From positions 10,354,001 to 10,418,000 of the forward strand of contig CM119385.1 in NCBI GenBank assembly GCA_051294905.1: 64,000 nucleotides of DNA, given 5' to 3'. Of the stretch, positions 1 to 64,000 are shown one piece after another (within the stretch, counting starts at the first letter, position 1; the number at the start of each line of letters is the position of its first letter). Source of the stretch: Botryllus schlosseri (taxonomy: Eukaryota). A model generated the notes under the pieces. It searched no databases. It had not been told where the DNA came from and saw only the letters and a program-made list of their open reading frames with translations. The position numbers were made by a program, and so were the translations under genes.

Positions 1-1123
1 TGGTAAATATTGGCAACCAACGAAACGTGTCAAAATTTTGATCGCACCGATATTGTTCACCGCGCTCAATTCGTAATACGGACGACATAGCGAATGTAAA
101 TAAATACGATTCTGCAAACTGAGTCTTCATTGGTGACATCGAATTATGTCTGTTATAAAATTCCGTCTCAAGGTCTGCCTACCAACAACGTCGGGGTGTA
201 ATATTTATTGATTTATACGTTGTACCTGCATCTGCATACAAATAGACAATTCCCATATCAGCATGCATACTGCACAACAGACAACAGTTGAAAGATCGGG
301 CTATACTTGGTCGAAAATCACAGTGTTAGCTCGAGGATGGAGCCTGGAGGGATCTCGCAACAGGAATAATTACGATACCTGATGAAGAACGCGGTCGGTT
401 CTGCTACTACTTGGCAGGAACCATTTCAATCAATAGGCCTACTCGCCTATTATTGGTTGTGGATACTCGATTCACAGCACATGCAACAGTTTAAGCAAGG
501 GCGTCGACCCTTTATAGATCAGGGCCACGTGCAGAAAAATACTCCATAGCGCAGGCCACGGGACGCGCTATATCTGCAGTCTGCCCTACCCGGAGACAGT
601 GACGTGCGGTGAAGTTCATGGCTGGTGAGGCACTGACCCACCCCACACCCACACATACGTAAAGTTCCTGATAAAGATATACAAATACGTGAACGACAAC
701 AGCACCAAGAGAAGCGAATAGCCGAGAGCGTTTTCTCTGCATTCTACAATACATGTTTGAATTTTTTCAGTTATTTAATACAGTGCACAACGAAAAGAAT
801 TAACGGAAAAATATAAAAATATAATATTTAAGGTCCTAATTTCGGTTTTATAGTCTCTATTGCCTTTGCCCGTCCAATCTCATTTTTTACAAGATTGAAA
901 TGGATACTGCATTAGCAAAACTAAATATGTCACTCACTAACAATAAACTTGGTTAAATATATCATTCGGACTGTGGAGTCAGATTCATGATTTTGATAGG
1001 GATGCAGATTTCCTTGGATTAAGATTCGCATTTCGCAAATATTAAAACCTACAAGGTTAGCTTAATGAGTTGGCGTCCTGTTTCTCATAACATTAGCCAT
1101 CTTCACACGCAAACTATCTATAG

Positions 1124-2334
1124 CAGGCCTGGGCAAAGTGCGGCCCGCGAAGCTATTCTGTGCTGCCCGCGGAAGGTTGCTTGAAATTAAAATATAGAAC
1201 TTAATTTTTAACGTTTCTGCGTGGACCAAAACCATAGGATGTATAAACTGAACCGCAAATTTGTTTAGCAAGCCTGCTCATTAACATGGCGTGATTACGC
1301 AGCCCATACGTACCTCACATGTGTAATCCAGATTCGACATAAAGTCATAATGCAGCAAATTGTGCCGTTATAATTAAGGTCGCAAGAAGTCACCAAACCT
1401 TCTCTATTGCCATTGCCACATTACGCATTACATCGTCTGTGTTTCAAATTGTTACGTGATGCGTTTCCGAATCCCTAATTCGTAAAACAATTCAATCAGT
1501 GCTCGTGATTTCTATAAGTCATCATCACCCATAAGGATGTCAAAAAAAGCAAGCGGAAATTAGAAATTCAAAGAAAGTTCGGAGGAATAAATATTTGTTT
1601 ACTGGAGTCCTTTTGGTAGTTAGTGCCGAACAGGTCGCCGTGTTTAACGAGTATAATATAAGTCGGTTCTATGATAAAAACACGAAGACATCCATATACT
1701 CGGTCAAGGACCGGCAAATTTTGGAAGAATTGCAAGCTTGGCTCAACAACAAGGCCAATTCACCCAGCTATACACTGCTCGGAATCCAGCGACCAAGACA
1801 ATAAGCGTTATAGTATTCTAAGGACCGTAAGTGCAGCACCCCAAACCCCCAAATTGGGCTCGGGCGAGCTCGCAGGGGGCTCAAAATTATTTCGTGAATG
1901 AATATAAATTATAGAGTATGTTTTCTTCTTAATTTATGCGAGTTCTTTCAAATTTTTCTCGCCCTACGCCCGATTTAGCGATCAATGGATTATAGAATTG
2001 GGCATTTCGGCGTCAGCCATTACCTCGCCACGAGGCACCAAGACATATGAAGTTTTGCAGAAAAGGACCGCCCTTATGTTGACCAAAAACCACGATGTCC
2101 AATTATCCATCGGCAACATGACGGCGAATAAATATTTTATTGGTAATTAACCGTCACTTCCTCATTCCCCAATATCAACACATTCGCTGAGCACCTATTT
2201 AGTGTAATTCACTGCTTTCAATTTGGAAATAAAATCAATACATTGGAGAATACTGCTAAAATTTATGATTTGGCCCGCCAACATATTTTCGGTTTCTCAT
2301 TTGACCCGCGGAGAAAAATAATTGCCCAGCCCTG
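1124..2334 (+). mobile_element. hAT (Buster/Charlie/SPIN-type) deletion derivative nested in 597-3191
   Basis: TIR CAGGCCTGGGCAA/TTGCCCAGCCCTG; perfect TSD ATCTATAG; GGCCCGC subterminal motifs. Confidence 0.9.
1537..1820 (+). pseudogene. Decayed N-terminus of a Charlie/SPIN-type hAT transposase
   Basis: Frameshifted pieces MSKK..KRKLE, KYLFTGV..EQVAVFNEYNISRFYD and LAQQQGQFTQLYTARNPATKT resemble the recalled GTF2IRD2/SPIN-like N-terminus (EQVAVFKEYNLSRHYE..QQGLFTKLHTSRDAATK). Confidence 0.65.
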
Positions 2335-3723
2335 ATCTATAGGCTACTCCTCGCCATCTGTTCCATGTAAGCGGTGTCTTATAAAAAACTAAAAGTGCGC
2401 CGTGCTAAACTTAGAAGTGCGCCTTGCTACAAGTTGGCAGAAATGGAATCAAACATAGAATATCGACATGGTGTAAATATGACTATTGCAGTTGAAAACA
2501 CTATAACGACCACAAACAATGACAACGCAGGCTATATAAGTACAGCTATCACATACCACAATTTAAGGTTATATAGGTATGAGAGGAAAATAGATCAGCT
2601 ACATCAGTAAGGGAATGTATTTGCTCCGCATTACGTATTCGCCGTCGCTAGCATCCAATTCCTACAAGACTGTTGGTTTCCGAAAGCGATAGCACGTGCC
2701 ATCGTGATGCGATTGTCCAATTGTTAGCGAACAGTGCACGAGGAAGATTCGTTTGTGCCTCACTTGGCTATCGTTTCTCTGCCATAGTATTGTCAGTAAT
2801 AAAGCCAAATGTCACATTCCTTGGCGATTTTGAAGGGGTTCTGGTGTTCTGACACTGTTAATATTTTGGATTTTCAGAATCACGGCGACGATAGCATTTG
2901 ATTGATACCAGTTATTATGAATTCTGATTTGTTTATGATGAATTGCATCGTCCCAGGTGAGGCACGACCCACCCGTGCCTCACCTGTGCCTCACCTCTCC
3001 TTTCGCGCTGTATTTTTAAATGATAATTATGCAAATTTTCTATGTTGGATGAGAAAATGTTCAAATTTAGTTGTATATGAACATCGATGGAAAATATCAA
3101 TAATCATCCAGGGTTTTCAAAATTTTCTCTTACTCACCATAACGACAGGTGAGGCACTGCATCACTTTCCTCATTTGACCGCACGTCACTGCCCAGAGAC
3201 GGGAAGAAAATTTGGGGATGTGATGGATGTTTCATTTCAACTGTAGCACCAACTTCCTCAGCATCAACTGCAGCATAGACAATCAGATCATTTCAATCAT
3301 GGTGTAATGGAATTGTCAAATAATTTTGTTGGGTGCTGTCGGCATGAATCATAAATGACGAATCGAGATTACTCTACTCCTCCACCCTCCATATTGCAAG
3401 TATCTGTTTGAGGTTGGTAGACTAGGCTACGCAATTACAAATATTGAATCCTAATTTTTGGTAGTACAAATATAGTGTACAGGGAACTGAGTTGAAAAAG
3501 CAATTGTGTGAAGCTGTTAACAACATTGAGAACCACTTCAACTTTCGTTTGTCGATATGCGCTCAAGTACTAAGGCACCTACACTACAGCTTACAGTACG
3601 CTCGCCATTAGAACGAACTCGTTTTCAAGGGCAGGAATATTACCTTATTACCCTCGCACAATGCTTATAAGTGAAAGGATATCAACGAAAGGCGCCTTGG
3701 CGCCATTTGCAAGTTTGTAAAAT

Positions 3724-3981
3724 TTAGGCGACGGCCAGTGTCTGTAGGGTTCTTATGTTATAGTTCCGCACTACTTCCATACTATTAGCGACTTCTCTCT
3801 GCCCACACGATGCTTTACGATGTTGACGAGTTGTGTATGATTGAGGGATATTCACAAGTTGACTGTTGTTGAAGAACCGGAATAATATTTTATCAGAATG
3901 GCTTCGGGAGTTAAGATCGACGATCGCCACCGCTACATAAGCAACCAGGTATGTAGAATTGTTCCAATGGATATGCTGCAA
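3724..3981 (-). mobile_element. Possible decayed LINE ORF2 C-terminal remnant
   Basis: FRFFNNSQLVNIPQSYTTRQ loosely resembles the H-x-YNTR motif of CR1/L2-like elements; weak. Confidence 0.25.
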
Positions 3982-4727
3982 TGCTGCAGTACTGCTTTAG
4001 TGCAACAATGCCGACGTGGGGCGAACGGATTTAATGATTGCGGTCATGGCTGTTTATCTAGGCTAACATAGAATACAAAAATGTATCGCGATCACGTTCG
4101 TTTCGAACTTCACTTCTGGTAACTGGTAATTGACATCTGACCATTTAGGTTTACATTTATACGGATCTAAACATGGTCAGATGCTCCGTGTATCATTTGT
4201 TGCGCTGCCGCAAAACTAGGCTCGTTCTTGCTTATTGCATTGAGTCAGTATGTAAGCCGATAAGTGACCACTGACCACTGACCAGACCACGACCATTGGC
4301 CAATGGCCATATTATTTTGCTTGCAAAACGGGATGCAGCTGTGCGTCGGGTTGTTGTTGTTTGCGGTATTCATGGTGTCGACTGCTATGGTCATTTACAC
4401 CAGGCCAATTTTGTTCATCTTTTAATCCGTAGCTGCCGACTTGTAGCACGGCCAATTTCTAGGCTTTTATAAGACGTGCAACGGGTAGAAGCTAGAAGGT
4501 TGCGACAAATCCGACCGAAGGGCCAATGCCAAAGCGCTCTGCTCGACAACTAGGCTCCCAGTACCCTGCTGGAACCTAACCCTAAAATTCGTGATTGCGC
4601 CGCCTTTATTGGACGTATGGTAAGCCCACTAATGTCAAAATGCGGTAAGTTCGTTTGGGCCAATGCCTTGCATCTTGCAGCGACCTTACGAACTTTCGCT
4701 CGCGAGTTTGTACACATATACAACAGT

Positions 4728-6814
4728 CATAGGCGCCGGCTTTTATTTTTACATGGGGTGGCGAGATGAAAAAAGGGAGGGGTTTGAATAAAAAGGGGGG
4801 TTGAAATTGTTTCAAATTTACCAAGTTACCATCAATTTATTACGGTTAAGTACATGCGTAAATGGACATTGCCAATAATACATGGATAGGACGAGCTTTA
4901 TCGTGTTAGCGAATTTACGCGTATAAGTGCGCGCGTAAGCTTGCCAGCGAGTTCAGCGGCTAATTAGCGATTCTTCGGTCTCGCTTCAATATCAACTATT
5001 CCCTGTCCACCAACACGCGCGCGAACAATTGAATTAATGAATATGCAACCTTGGTGACGACGAACTATTTCACAAATTAATATGATTGATGTCTGCTAAG
5101 GAATCTGTTCTGCAATGGCACGGTCGTATCTTATGATAACTCGGCCTTAACACACATCTTCTGATGTATTATTATATTAGCGCTAATCAATAACGTCCGT
5201 TCGAGTCTGTTCATGGCCAATTGCGCAGATTCGAAGTAAATAAATTTCACGCTGTCAGTCTTAAGCCAGTATGATATAATCGCACAAGTAGAGACAGCAG
5301 GCAAATCATGTGATGGCTGTAGCGAACGCTGGGATATCTAATATCCCTGAACAGACGCTACAATTTAGGCCAGCGAAGTCATCACATGCCCTGTCTTGAT
5401 GTAGACTCGATAGTTCAGGTTGGTAACGATTACAGACCCAGCCTGGTGCACGTGATAGTTCATACCACCGATTATAACGCGCAGACCTGCATGCGGACGC
5501 GCTAAATAAAATCAGCGTCGATAGCGCACGTCAGATGTCAATGACCCATTTCGCATACAAATGATCCTCGCTAATTTGCAGTATGCGGCATCGATAATAC
5601 AAATTGGTGAATTGGCATTTCAAAAGTACGGGATTTCTAGTTTTAAATGAGAAACTTCCTGGCTACGCACAAAGGGTTTTACTACCGACAACGCGCTGGC
5701 TAATATCAGCACGGGGCCGACGGCCTCCTACATAGGTCCCGATCAGCCAGTCGAATTTGATCGTGCAATGGCGCGATTTTAATTATCCTGGCGTTGTTGC
5801 AGCAAGAGCAATATGGGCGCATGCCGCGACCTTATCATTAGAAATAAAAATCGTGATGGCTTGAAATTCGATCCGCGATATTCTTGCGCCCCATAGAGTC
5901 GGTGTAGCAATGACGTTTATTGGAACATAAAAGGTTGCCGCTCAAACTAATCGAATAAAATCAGAATTTGCGCCACCGAAAATCTCGTGTTGCATCAATA
6001 TTTGACAACGTAATTCAACGCCGTGCACTGCACAATGTGCAGCATTAATAACAAATTAAACACTGACAAGTGACAAGTGACATCGAGGGAATACGAGGGT
6101 ATAAAGCGGACAAGAATTACTAGCCTACATATGATTGCAATAGCAAACGGGAAAACGCGCATCTAATCGGTAATTCCTCGACTTGCGCACAGCACAATAG
6201 GGTTCCGACTCCGAGTCTGACATCGCAACAATTGTTTGCTCATTATAGCGACGTTTGATCTGCGTTGCTGCATTTCCCGATAAAAGTTAGCAAATCCTTG
6301 TTAGAGAAATAAATATGCGCACTGCGCAGGAATGACTTTCAATTCACAGCCATACACAAACACACTGTCCTATTTACGCTCCAATTAAAGAGGCTATCTC
6401 GAAACTAACTCAAGAATTACTTTGTAAACGAATAAGCGCGCAAGTACAATTGAATTAGTAGAACGTGAATCCGCTCGTCTGGCCGCGAGAGGAGATGGTG
6501 CTTCTCGGCGCACGCATGCGGAAATCGACGTCGTAAACATGGTAGCTTCGATCGTATGATTATGATCATGATCATGAATTACAATATATTGGAGCGTTTT
6601 AAGCATTAGTTCGTCGTCGCCGACGAAGCTGCGTATTCAATTATTCGCGCGCGCATCGGTAAATGGTAAATAGTTGGTATTTACGCGATATCACGGACTC
6701 CCTAATTGACAGACGGCGAGCGTTAAAGCATTTTGTATTATGGGGTGGCCGCCACCCCATAAATGTGCCAGGGGGGGCTGCGCCACCCCGCCACCCGGTA
6801 ACTCGGCGCCTATG
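4728..6814. mobile_element. Putative non-autonomous DNA transposon (hAT-like)
   Basis: Perfect 11-bp TIR CATAGGCGCCG/CGGCGCCTATG; GGGGTGGC/GCCACCCC subterminal motifs; imperfect TSD ACAACAGT/CATACAGT. Confidence 0.65.
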
Positions 6815-7363
6815 CATACAGTGATATGGAATACGTTGCCAACACAAAGTGTAGCCCGGCTGTACAAGTTTGCATACACGGCAGGGTGCCTGGAGTGTCT
6901 TTGAAACATGTACATCGTCAGTTATCTAGTCTGGGTGTTTTGGTTACGGAGGAATGTCACATTCCAAATTGAAGGAATAATACTTTTGGAGTACCATCAT
7001 TACTATTATAATAATTATTTTCAAAGCAATTATACACCCAATAAGATTATGAAATCGTTAATGATAGTTTTAAAAGGAACAAACAACTCAAGTACATAAT
7101 ATACTGTGCTAATTACTGTGCCAATTAAAAATTAAAATTGCGTTATTTTTCCATCTTTGCTCAGCAGCTTACACGGAAATATTGATTATTCTATCTTCAT
7201 ATCTGAAGATTAGTTTCCAACAAGGTAATGGTTAAAGCAAAGGTCATAAAATAGCTGAAATTTTTAATTTGGATAGATTTAGTTTTAAATGTTGTTACCG
7301 GTATATTCCAAGGTGATCAAAGTAGTCAATATTGCTACTCAAGTAGAAGTAGGAGTAATGCAG

Positions 7364-8338
7364 CAGTGTTGGGATCAAGTCACTACCTTGGAGTCACGAG
7401 TCAACTCGAGTCATTGCACATTTTGACTCGAGTCAAGTCAAGTCAATCGATTTTCAAAGGTGACTCGAGTCAAGTCAAGTCACTCGTTTTTGGAGGTGAT
7501 TCGAGTCACGAGTCAAGTCAAGTCAAGTCACGAGTCAAGTTACGATTCAAGTCAAATTGAATTTTCAAAGTATGAGTGATGATACAAAGTCATTACATTT
7601 TGCTAACTGGGTGAAGGACAGATTAATTGGTCAAATAACGATTATAAAGTTAAATATACATGCAAAAAGGTGTTGTGTCGCTCGCGCACACGCACTACTG
7701 CTAATAAAATACATGAGTAACTATAGCTACATGCTACAGTCTGATTTTATAAGTCAACGTAGAGGATCGAATATGAAGCCTCAAGACGTTGAACAAATTG
7801 ATGTGGTACAATAGACGCTACCGATCCACACATCCGTGAGAATATAAAGGCATAAACTATATTCGTTCGATTTAAATCATACAAGAGTGTTGTTAAAGGT
7901 GAGCACTGCGCAATAAGCACTGAGCCGTCTAAGAAACAAAGATACGTTGCTATTAGATTAATCAACTGCTACTACGACTACAACAACGTAAGCTGTGATC
8001 GGTTCGTTAGCGGTCAATTTATTTGTGATGTGACAAGGGAATCAGTGAAACGTACAATCTGTGAATGACTGGTTGCTCTCACAAGTGACACCGGCGTATC
8101 GAGAACAACCGGAACGAACATGAGATAAGGTGATTTAATCGACGCCGGTTACTTATAATGACTTGAAATTGACTCGTGAATTTTGCTCCGAGTCACGAGT
8201 CAATCCACGTTTCTGAAGTGCCGAGTCAAGTCAAGTCAAGTCATTTTTGCAAAGTGACTCGAGTCAAGTCAAGTCATATGAAAAAGGTGACTCGAGTCTG
8301 ACTCGATTCAAGTCATGACTCGAGTCATCCCAACACTG
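7364..8338. mobile_element. hAT-type MITE with GACTCGAGTC/AAGTC subterminal arrays
   Basis: 12-bp TIR CAGTGTTGGGAT/ATCCCAACACTG; perfect TSD TAATGCAG (7356-7363, 8339-8346); inserted into an older TACT/AGTA-rich repeat. Confidence 0.92.
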
Positions 8339-8791
8339 TAATGCAGTGCATATCTACTAAATTACGAGTGGAAGCAGGAATTTCCAGTGGAATTAGAAAA
8401 TGAAAGATTTGAAAAGTACTTAAGTAGGTACTTTCAAGATAGATTTGGTCGTCAGTGTACACATTTTTGGCTGGTAATCTTTCAATCCATTCAGCGGCTA
8501 CTGAGATGGCTATTTCACGCATCATTTTGATGATTTCATTTATAAAAGTGATGTAGACTACCCCAAAATTACTTTATACTTTTCAAAATCCAAAGTGTAA
8601 TAAGTAAGTAGCTTTACCTAAAAAATGAATTGGAAGGAGATTAAAATATAACCATTTGAGTAAACAGTGACTACTTCTGAATATATTATATTTTATTAAA
8701 ATTATTTATAATATTTATTCTAATACTATCTTTTATAATATTATGAGCAAGGTTTGGTTTCATGATGCCTATGATTTCTTTATTATAACAG

Positions 8792-61028
<52,237 letters not shown>

Positions 61029-61172
61029 GCTACAGTTTCTTTAAGAGGGTATGAATCGACTCGATGGGTTGCGCGCTTATGCCTTTAGAAGGCGAATTTG
61101 TGAAAAGGTCTGCTGGTCACGCAATCCGCTAATGCTTTGCAGAGGTTCAAGAGAAAGTTTCCAGTTTGTACA

Positions 61173-61178
61173 AATAAA
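61173..61178 (+). terminator. Candidate polyadenylation signal of the dynein gene
   Basis: First AATAAA after the stop, 145 nt downstream; position only. Confidence 0.4.
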
Positions 61179-61457
61179 ATCATGATCCTGCAATCTCTCG
61201 GGCTCATTTTCATTCAGTTGATGATATACTCCTTGTATTTTGTGCAGTAAACTGCTTGAATTAAATGTACCAACCAACGTCTCTCGTATTTTTCATTGAG
61301 TTGGAGTGGCTAGCGTTCGATCGCTATTCAACTGAACTTCATTCGTAGATATACTCCACTCTTTGGGTGGAGCCACACCGCTCTCTGTGTCGGTTTTATG
61401 AAAATCGAATGCAAGTCATACTCGATACGATGGGCCTTAAGTCCGACATGCTACCAT

Positions 61458-61480
61458 AATAATAATAATAATTATTATAA
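61458..61480. repeat. (AAT)n microsatellite
   Basis: ATAATAATAATAATAATTATTAT. Confidence 0.7.
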
Positions 61481-61984
61481 TTATATATATTAGTAATCAA
61501 TTATAAAATATATATAGAATTCAGAACATAAACACTTCTTTTGAATGATAATCGCTGGACTAAAATCATTGGCTTTTTGCATAACCCAACCCTGGCATTC
61601 GTTCAATATGAAGCCTGTTTTTTTCTGTCTCGATTACGTAGCCTACGTACGTCAAATAAATGGTGAAACCTTCCTTTTAGTTTGTGGCGAGCCGGTCGCC
61701 GTGTAGTATGATTTAGGCCGGTATTACGAAGTAAAAAAAACAGTCGGCTAAGGGAGGGCAAATGTCGGAAGCACTGCTTGTTTGCATCAACCACAAGGCC
61801 ATTTCACTAAGCTGCACAGTGCACAGTGTGCACACTGCTCGGGAGACAACGACCTAGACGAGTGTTGTAGCATCCTAAATAAATTTAATGTCCTAATAGC
61901 AAAACGTGTCTGGGGGTTAAAGAGAGTTAAAAATATATCAGGATTCCATTGTTTAGAATTCACGGACAATAAATAAAATTTGTT

Positions 61985-62180
61985 GATAAATAACCGTCAC
62001 TTTCTCAGTGTCTGATATAAAAATCAATACATCCAATGAACAGCGTGTATTAACAATATATTTAATTTTATAGATACAATTTTTACGCTGCAGAATGTAG
62101 TTATAAATTTTGACTCAGCAAGACCCCCGACATATTTTCTGCTTTTCATTTGGCCCGCAAGGACAATGCCCACTCCTGGT
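61985..62180. mobile_element. Right-end fragment of the 1124-2334 hAT family
   Basis: Shares TAACCGTCACTT, AAAATCAATACAT, ACATATTTTC..TCATTTG.CCCGC and a TGCCCA..CCTG end with 2140-2334. Confidence 0.6.
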
Positions 62181-62224
62181 CTTTTGGGGGTCTGTGATAA
62201 CAAAAGGGTTGGAAACCACTGGGT

Positions 62225-62427
62225 ATAGGCTATCATGATCATTGTAACGCTGACCGGGCCGAACGTTCATGCGATTGCTATAAACGGACTTCAGTTGCTT
62301 GTCTTGCACGGATGAGATGGCGAGGCGGAGCCTAGATAAACCTGCAACACTTATGTCGGAATTCTGCAGTCGGACTCGAACCCGCAACCCATTCGCGTTG
62401 CAGCTGTGGATTATACCACTAGGCCAG
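62225..62427 (-). mobile_element. tRNA-headed SINE (second family)
   Basis: Minus strand TGGCCTAGTGG (A box) and GGTTCGAGTCC (B box); no complete cloverleaf; 3' limit uncertain. Confidence 0.55.
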
Positions 62428-63914
62428 TGGTTTATTACCTTTTTTTCTCTAGCGCCACCTTCCAAAATTTATCTGGGTCTGGCGCCCTCTATTTTAAGGA
62501 CTGTAGCAAAAAACAAAGGGTAAGAGGTCGATGTCCGGTAGGTCTTTTCAGGTTCGGACTTAACTACTGGAAAAATTTCGCACTTCAATCGCACCCGAGA
62601 ACCACTCGAGTAATTAACGATATAATCATTGTATGTATTATATCAAAATAACAACAACAACGTGAACCAAACGTTCGCACCCATCCCTAATCAATATTCA
62701 CATAATAACACCATGTACCATTTTGTCATAATTTCTGCTATATTAAGCTTTCATAAGCATTAGGCGGCTTTTTTCGAGACTTTACTGTAGCCCGCTCTTT
62801 GAGAACATGCTGAACAGGGGTGAACGCATGGTGAACTCGCAAAGGTTCCGTATTGATTCTCAGCATTTGGGAGAACTGCGCGTAATGCCTTGCATTCGCA
62901 AATGACTAGTTGGCAATGGGCACGTATATTTGTTGCTGACATCTTCCCAGACTAGAGGTCATGCAGATGAAGGTGCAAGCGGTTTATCTGTTTTGTTATT
63001 TGGGCAAAATCGATTGACTTGTTGTTGGCTTCAATACTGCGGAAGTCGTTTGATTTAATTCAGCCAATAGACGCTTGTGTCACAAACTTGTACCTGTTAA
63101 TTCGAGCAATCTTGCAAAACGCTAGCAAAGTCTCGGTTGTTTATCACCTTACACCCAGGCTTGAACTCAGTGAAGCTCTGATCAAATTTCGAACCTGCCT
63201 TTAGCCTCAAATATATGTATAGCCTACTGAAAATGCTACTAATTCAAGTTCTAATTCTAGTTCAAGCTATATAGAGGAGTTTGATATATCTGAACGAAGT
63301 ATATTTGGCGATTTGCATCAAGGTTTTACGATGCACGACCTATACACTGTGTAGCGGTCGCTGCAACGGCTTGTTGCAAGACACGCTGGTATAGTGCTTG
63401 ATTGGAGTCGACGCTACAGCTTACAGTTCCTGTTGTACGCACTAGTCACTGACTAAAGACCGCTCTGAGTATACTCTTGCAATCCTGATCACACACGCAG
63501 ATCCAAGGAGCTTTCTTTACTAGCACAGAACAGCCAAATAGTAGTAATTAGTGGTCAGAAACTTGTAGATTTACCAGGTTCAAATGATACTGCGGTTCAA
63601 TAAGAAATAAAAAGAATAAATGAAGCGAAATGGAGCCAATTGTCTATCTTACGACTGGAGCGCGAGCGCGCCGACCTCTGTATGCGGGCCATGAGAACAC
63701 GTGCGTCGCAGTCTAACTGTGCCGTCACAGCTTGTGGCTTCGAGAGTGACCTATTTACGCTTTCGCGCACAACAGAATTGGGTCAGCCATATTTACACAC
63801 TGTACAGTGTACACTGTACAAGAATGCATCTATTCAAAGTAGTTTTGTTCCGCGCAGAAAGTGCATGTCTCAGTCGACGTGACTTCTGTTTTTGAGATCA
63901 TGGATAATTTATAT

Positions 63915-64000
63915 CAGGGCCGGCCAACCCGTGGCCCGCGGGCCACATGTGGCCCGCGAGAAGGTTTTGAGTGGCCCGCGAGGTCATTTCCTCAAATTTC
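63915..64000. mobile_element. Left end of a hAT element cut by the window edge
   Basis: CAGGGCCGGCCAAC followed by repeated TGGCCCGCG subterminal motifs. Confidence 0.75.

Larger units (their letters stand above)
597..3191. mobile_element. Non-autonomous hAT-type DNA transposon hosting a nested element
   Basis: Perfect 14-bp TIR CAGTGACGTGCGGT/ACCGCACGTCACTG; 8-bp TSD CCCGGAGA/CCCAGAGA (1 mismatch); subterminal GGTGAGGCAC motifs near 624, 2955-2996 and 3147. Confidence 0.85.

Noticed and set aside
379-410. CTGATGA resembling a hammerhead core
   Set aside because: No downstream GAAA or closing stems; unrelated to the Penelope unit.
3365-3412. Candidate dynein upstream exon (..YCKYLFE|GT)
   Set aside because: In-frame stop just upstream, no ATG or convincing acceptor, and only superficial similarity.
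7364-8338. Regularly spaced GACTCGAGTC palindromes suggesting a CRISPR-like array
   Set aside because: No constant-length repeat with unique spacers. They are subterminal repeats inside a TIR/TSD-bounded transposon in a eukaryotic locus.
8743-8751. ATGAGCAAG as the dynein start mini-exon
   Set aside because: Needs a 40-nt intron, below the 53-nt minimum in this gene; not reported as a feature.
1-8790. RFX X-box promoter for the ciliary gene
   Set aside because: No convincing palindromic GTTGCCATGGCAAC-type site found, and the transcription start is unknown.
62760-63204. Short ORFs downstream of the dynein gene
   Set aside because: No coherent exon structure; at most a faint LINE C-terminus resemblance on the minus strand.

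Overview
Eukaryotic, most likely invertebrate animal, genomic DNA. One plus-strand gene dominates the window: an axonemal outer-arm gamma-type dynein heavy chain of the DNAH5/DNAH8 family. I traced it by hand through 88 coding exons from 8792 to the stop at 61028 (13,674 nt, about 4,557 aa). All exon phases are consistent, one intron is GC-AG, and I could not place the start-codon exon. The upstream 8.7 kb, the long introns and the downstream 3 kb are packed with mobile DNA. There are many hAT-type elements with 8-bp TSDs, including a four-deep nest, a tandem pair sharing one target site, and decayed transposase remnants. There are also CR1/L2-like LINE 3' ends, tRNA-headed SINEs, and a 5'-truncated Penelope-like retroelement (GIY-YIG endonuclease). 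The Penelope 3' end carries an intact minimal hammerhead-ribozyme motif. Degenerate copies of that unit recur at least eight more times, three times as head-to-head inverted pairs, and this family is the most interesting signal here. There are no CRISPR arrays, rRNA genes or genuine tRNA genes. Family assignments come from remembered consensus sequences, not database searches.
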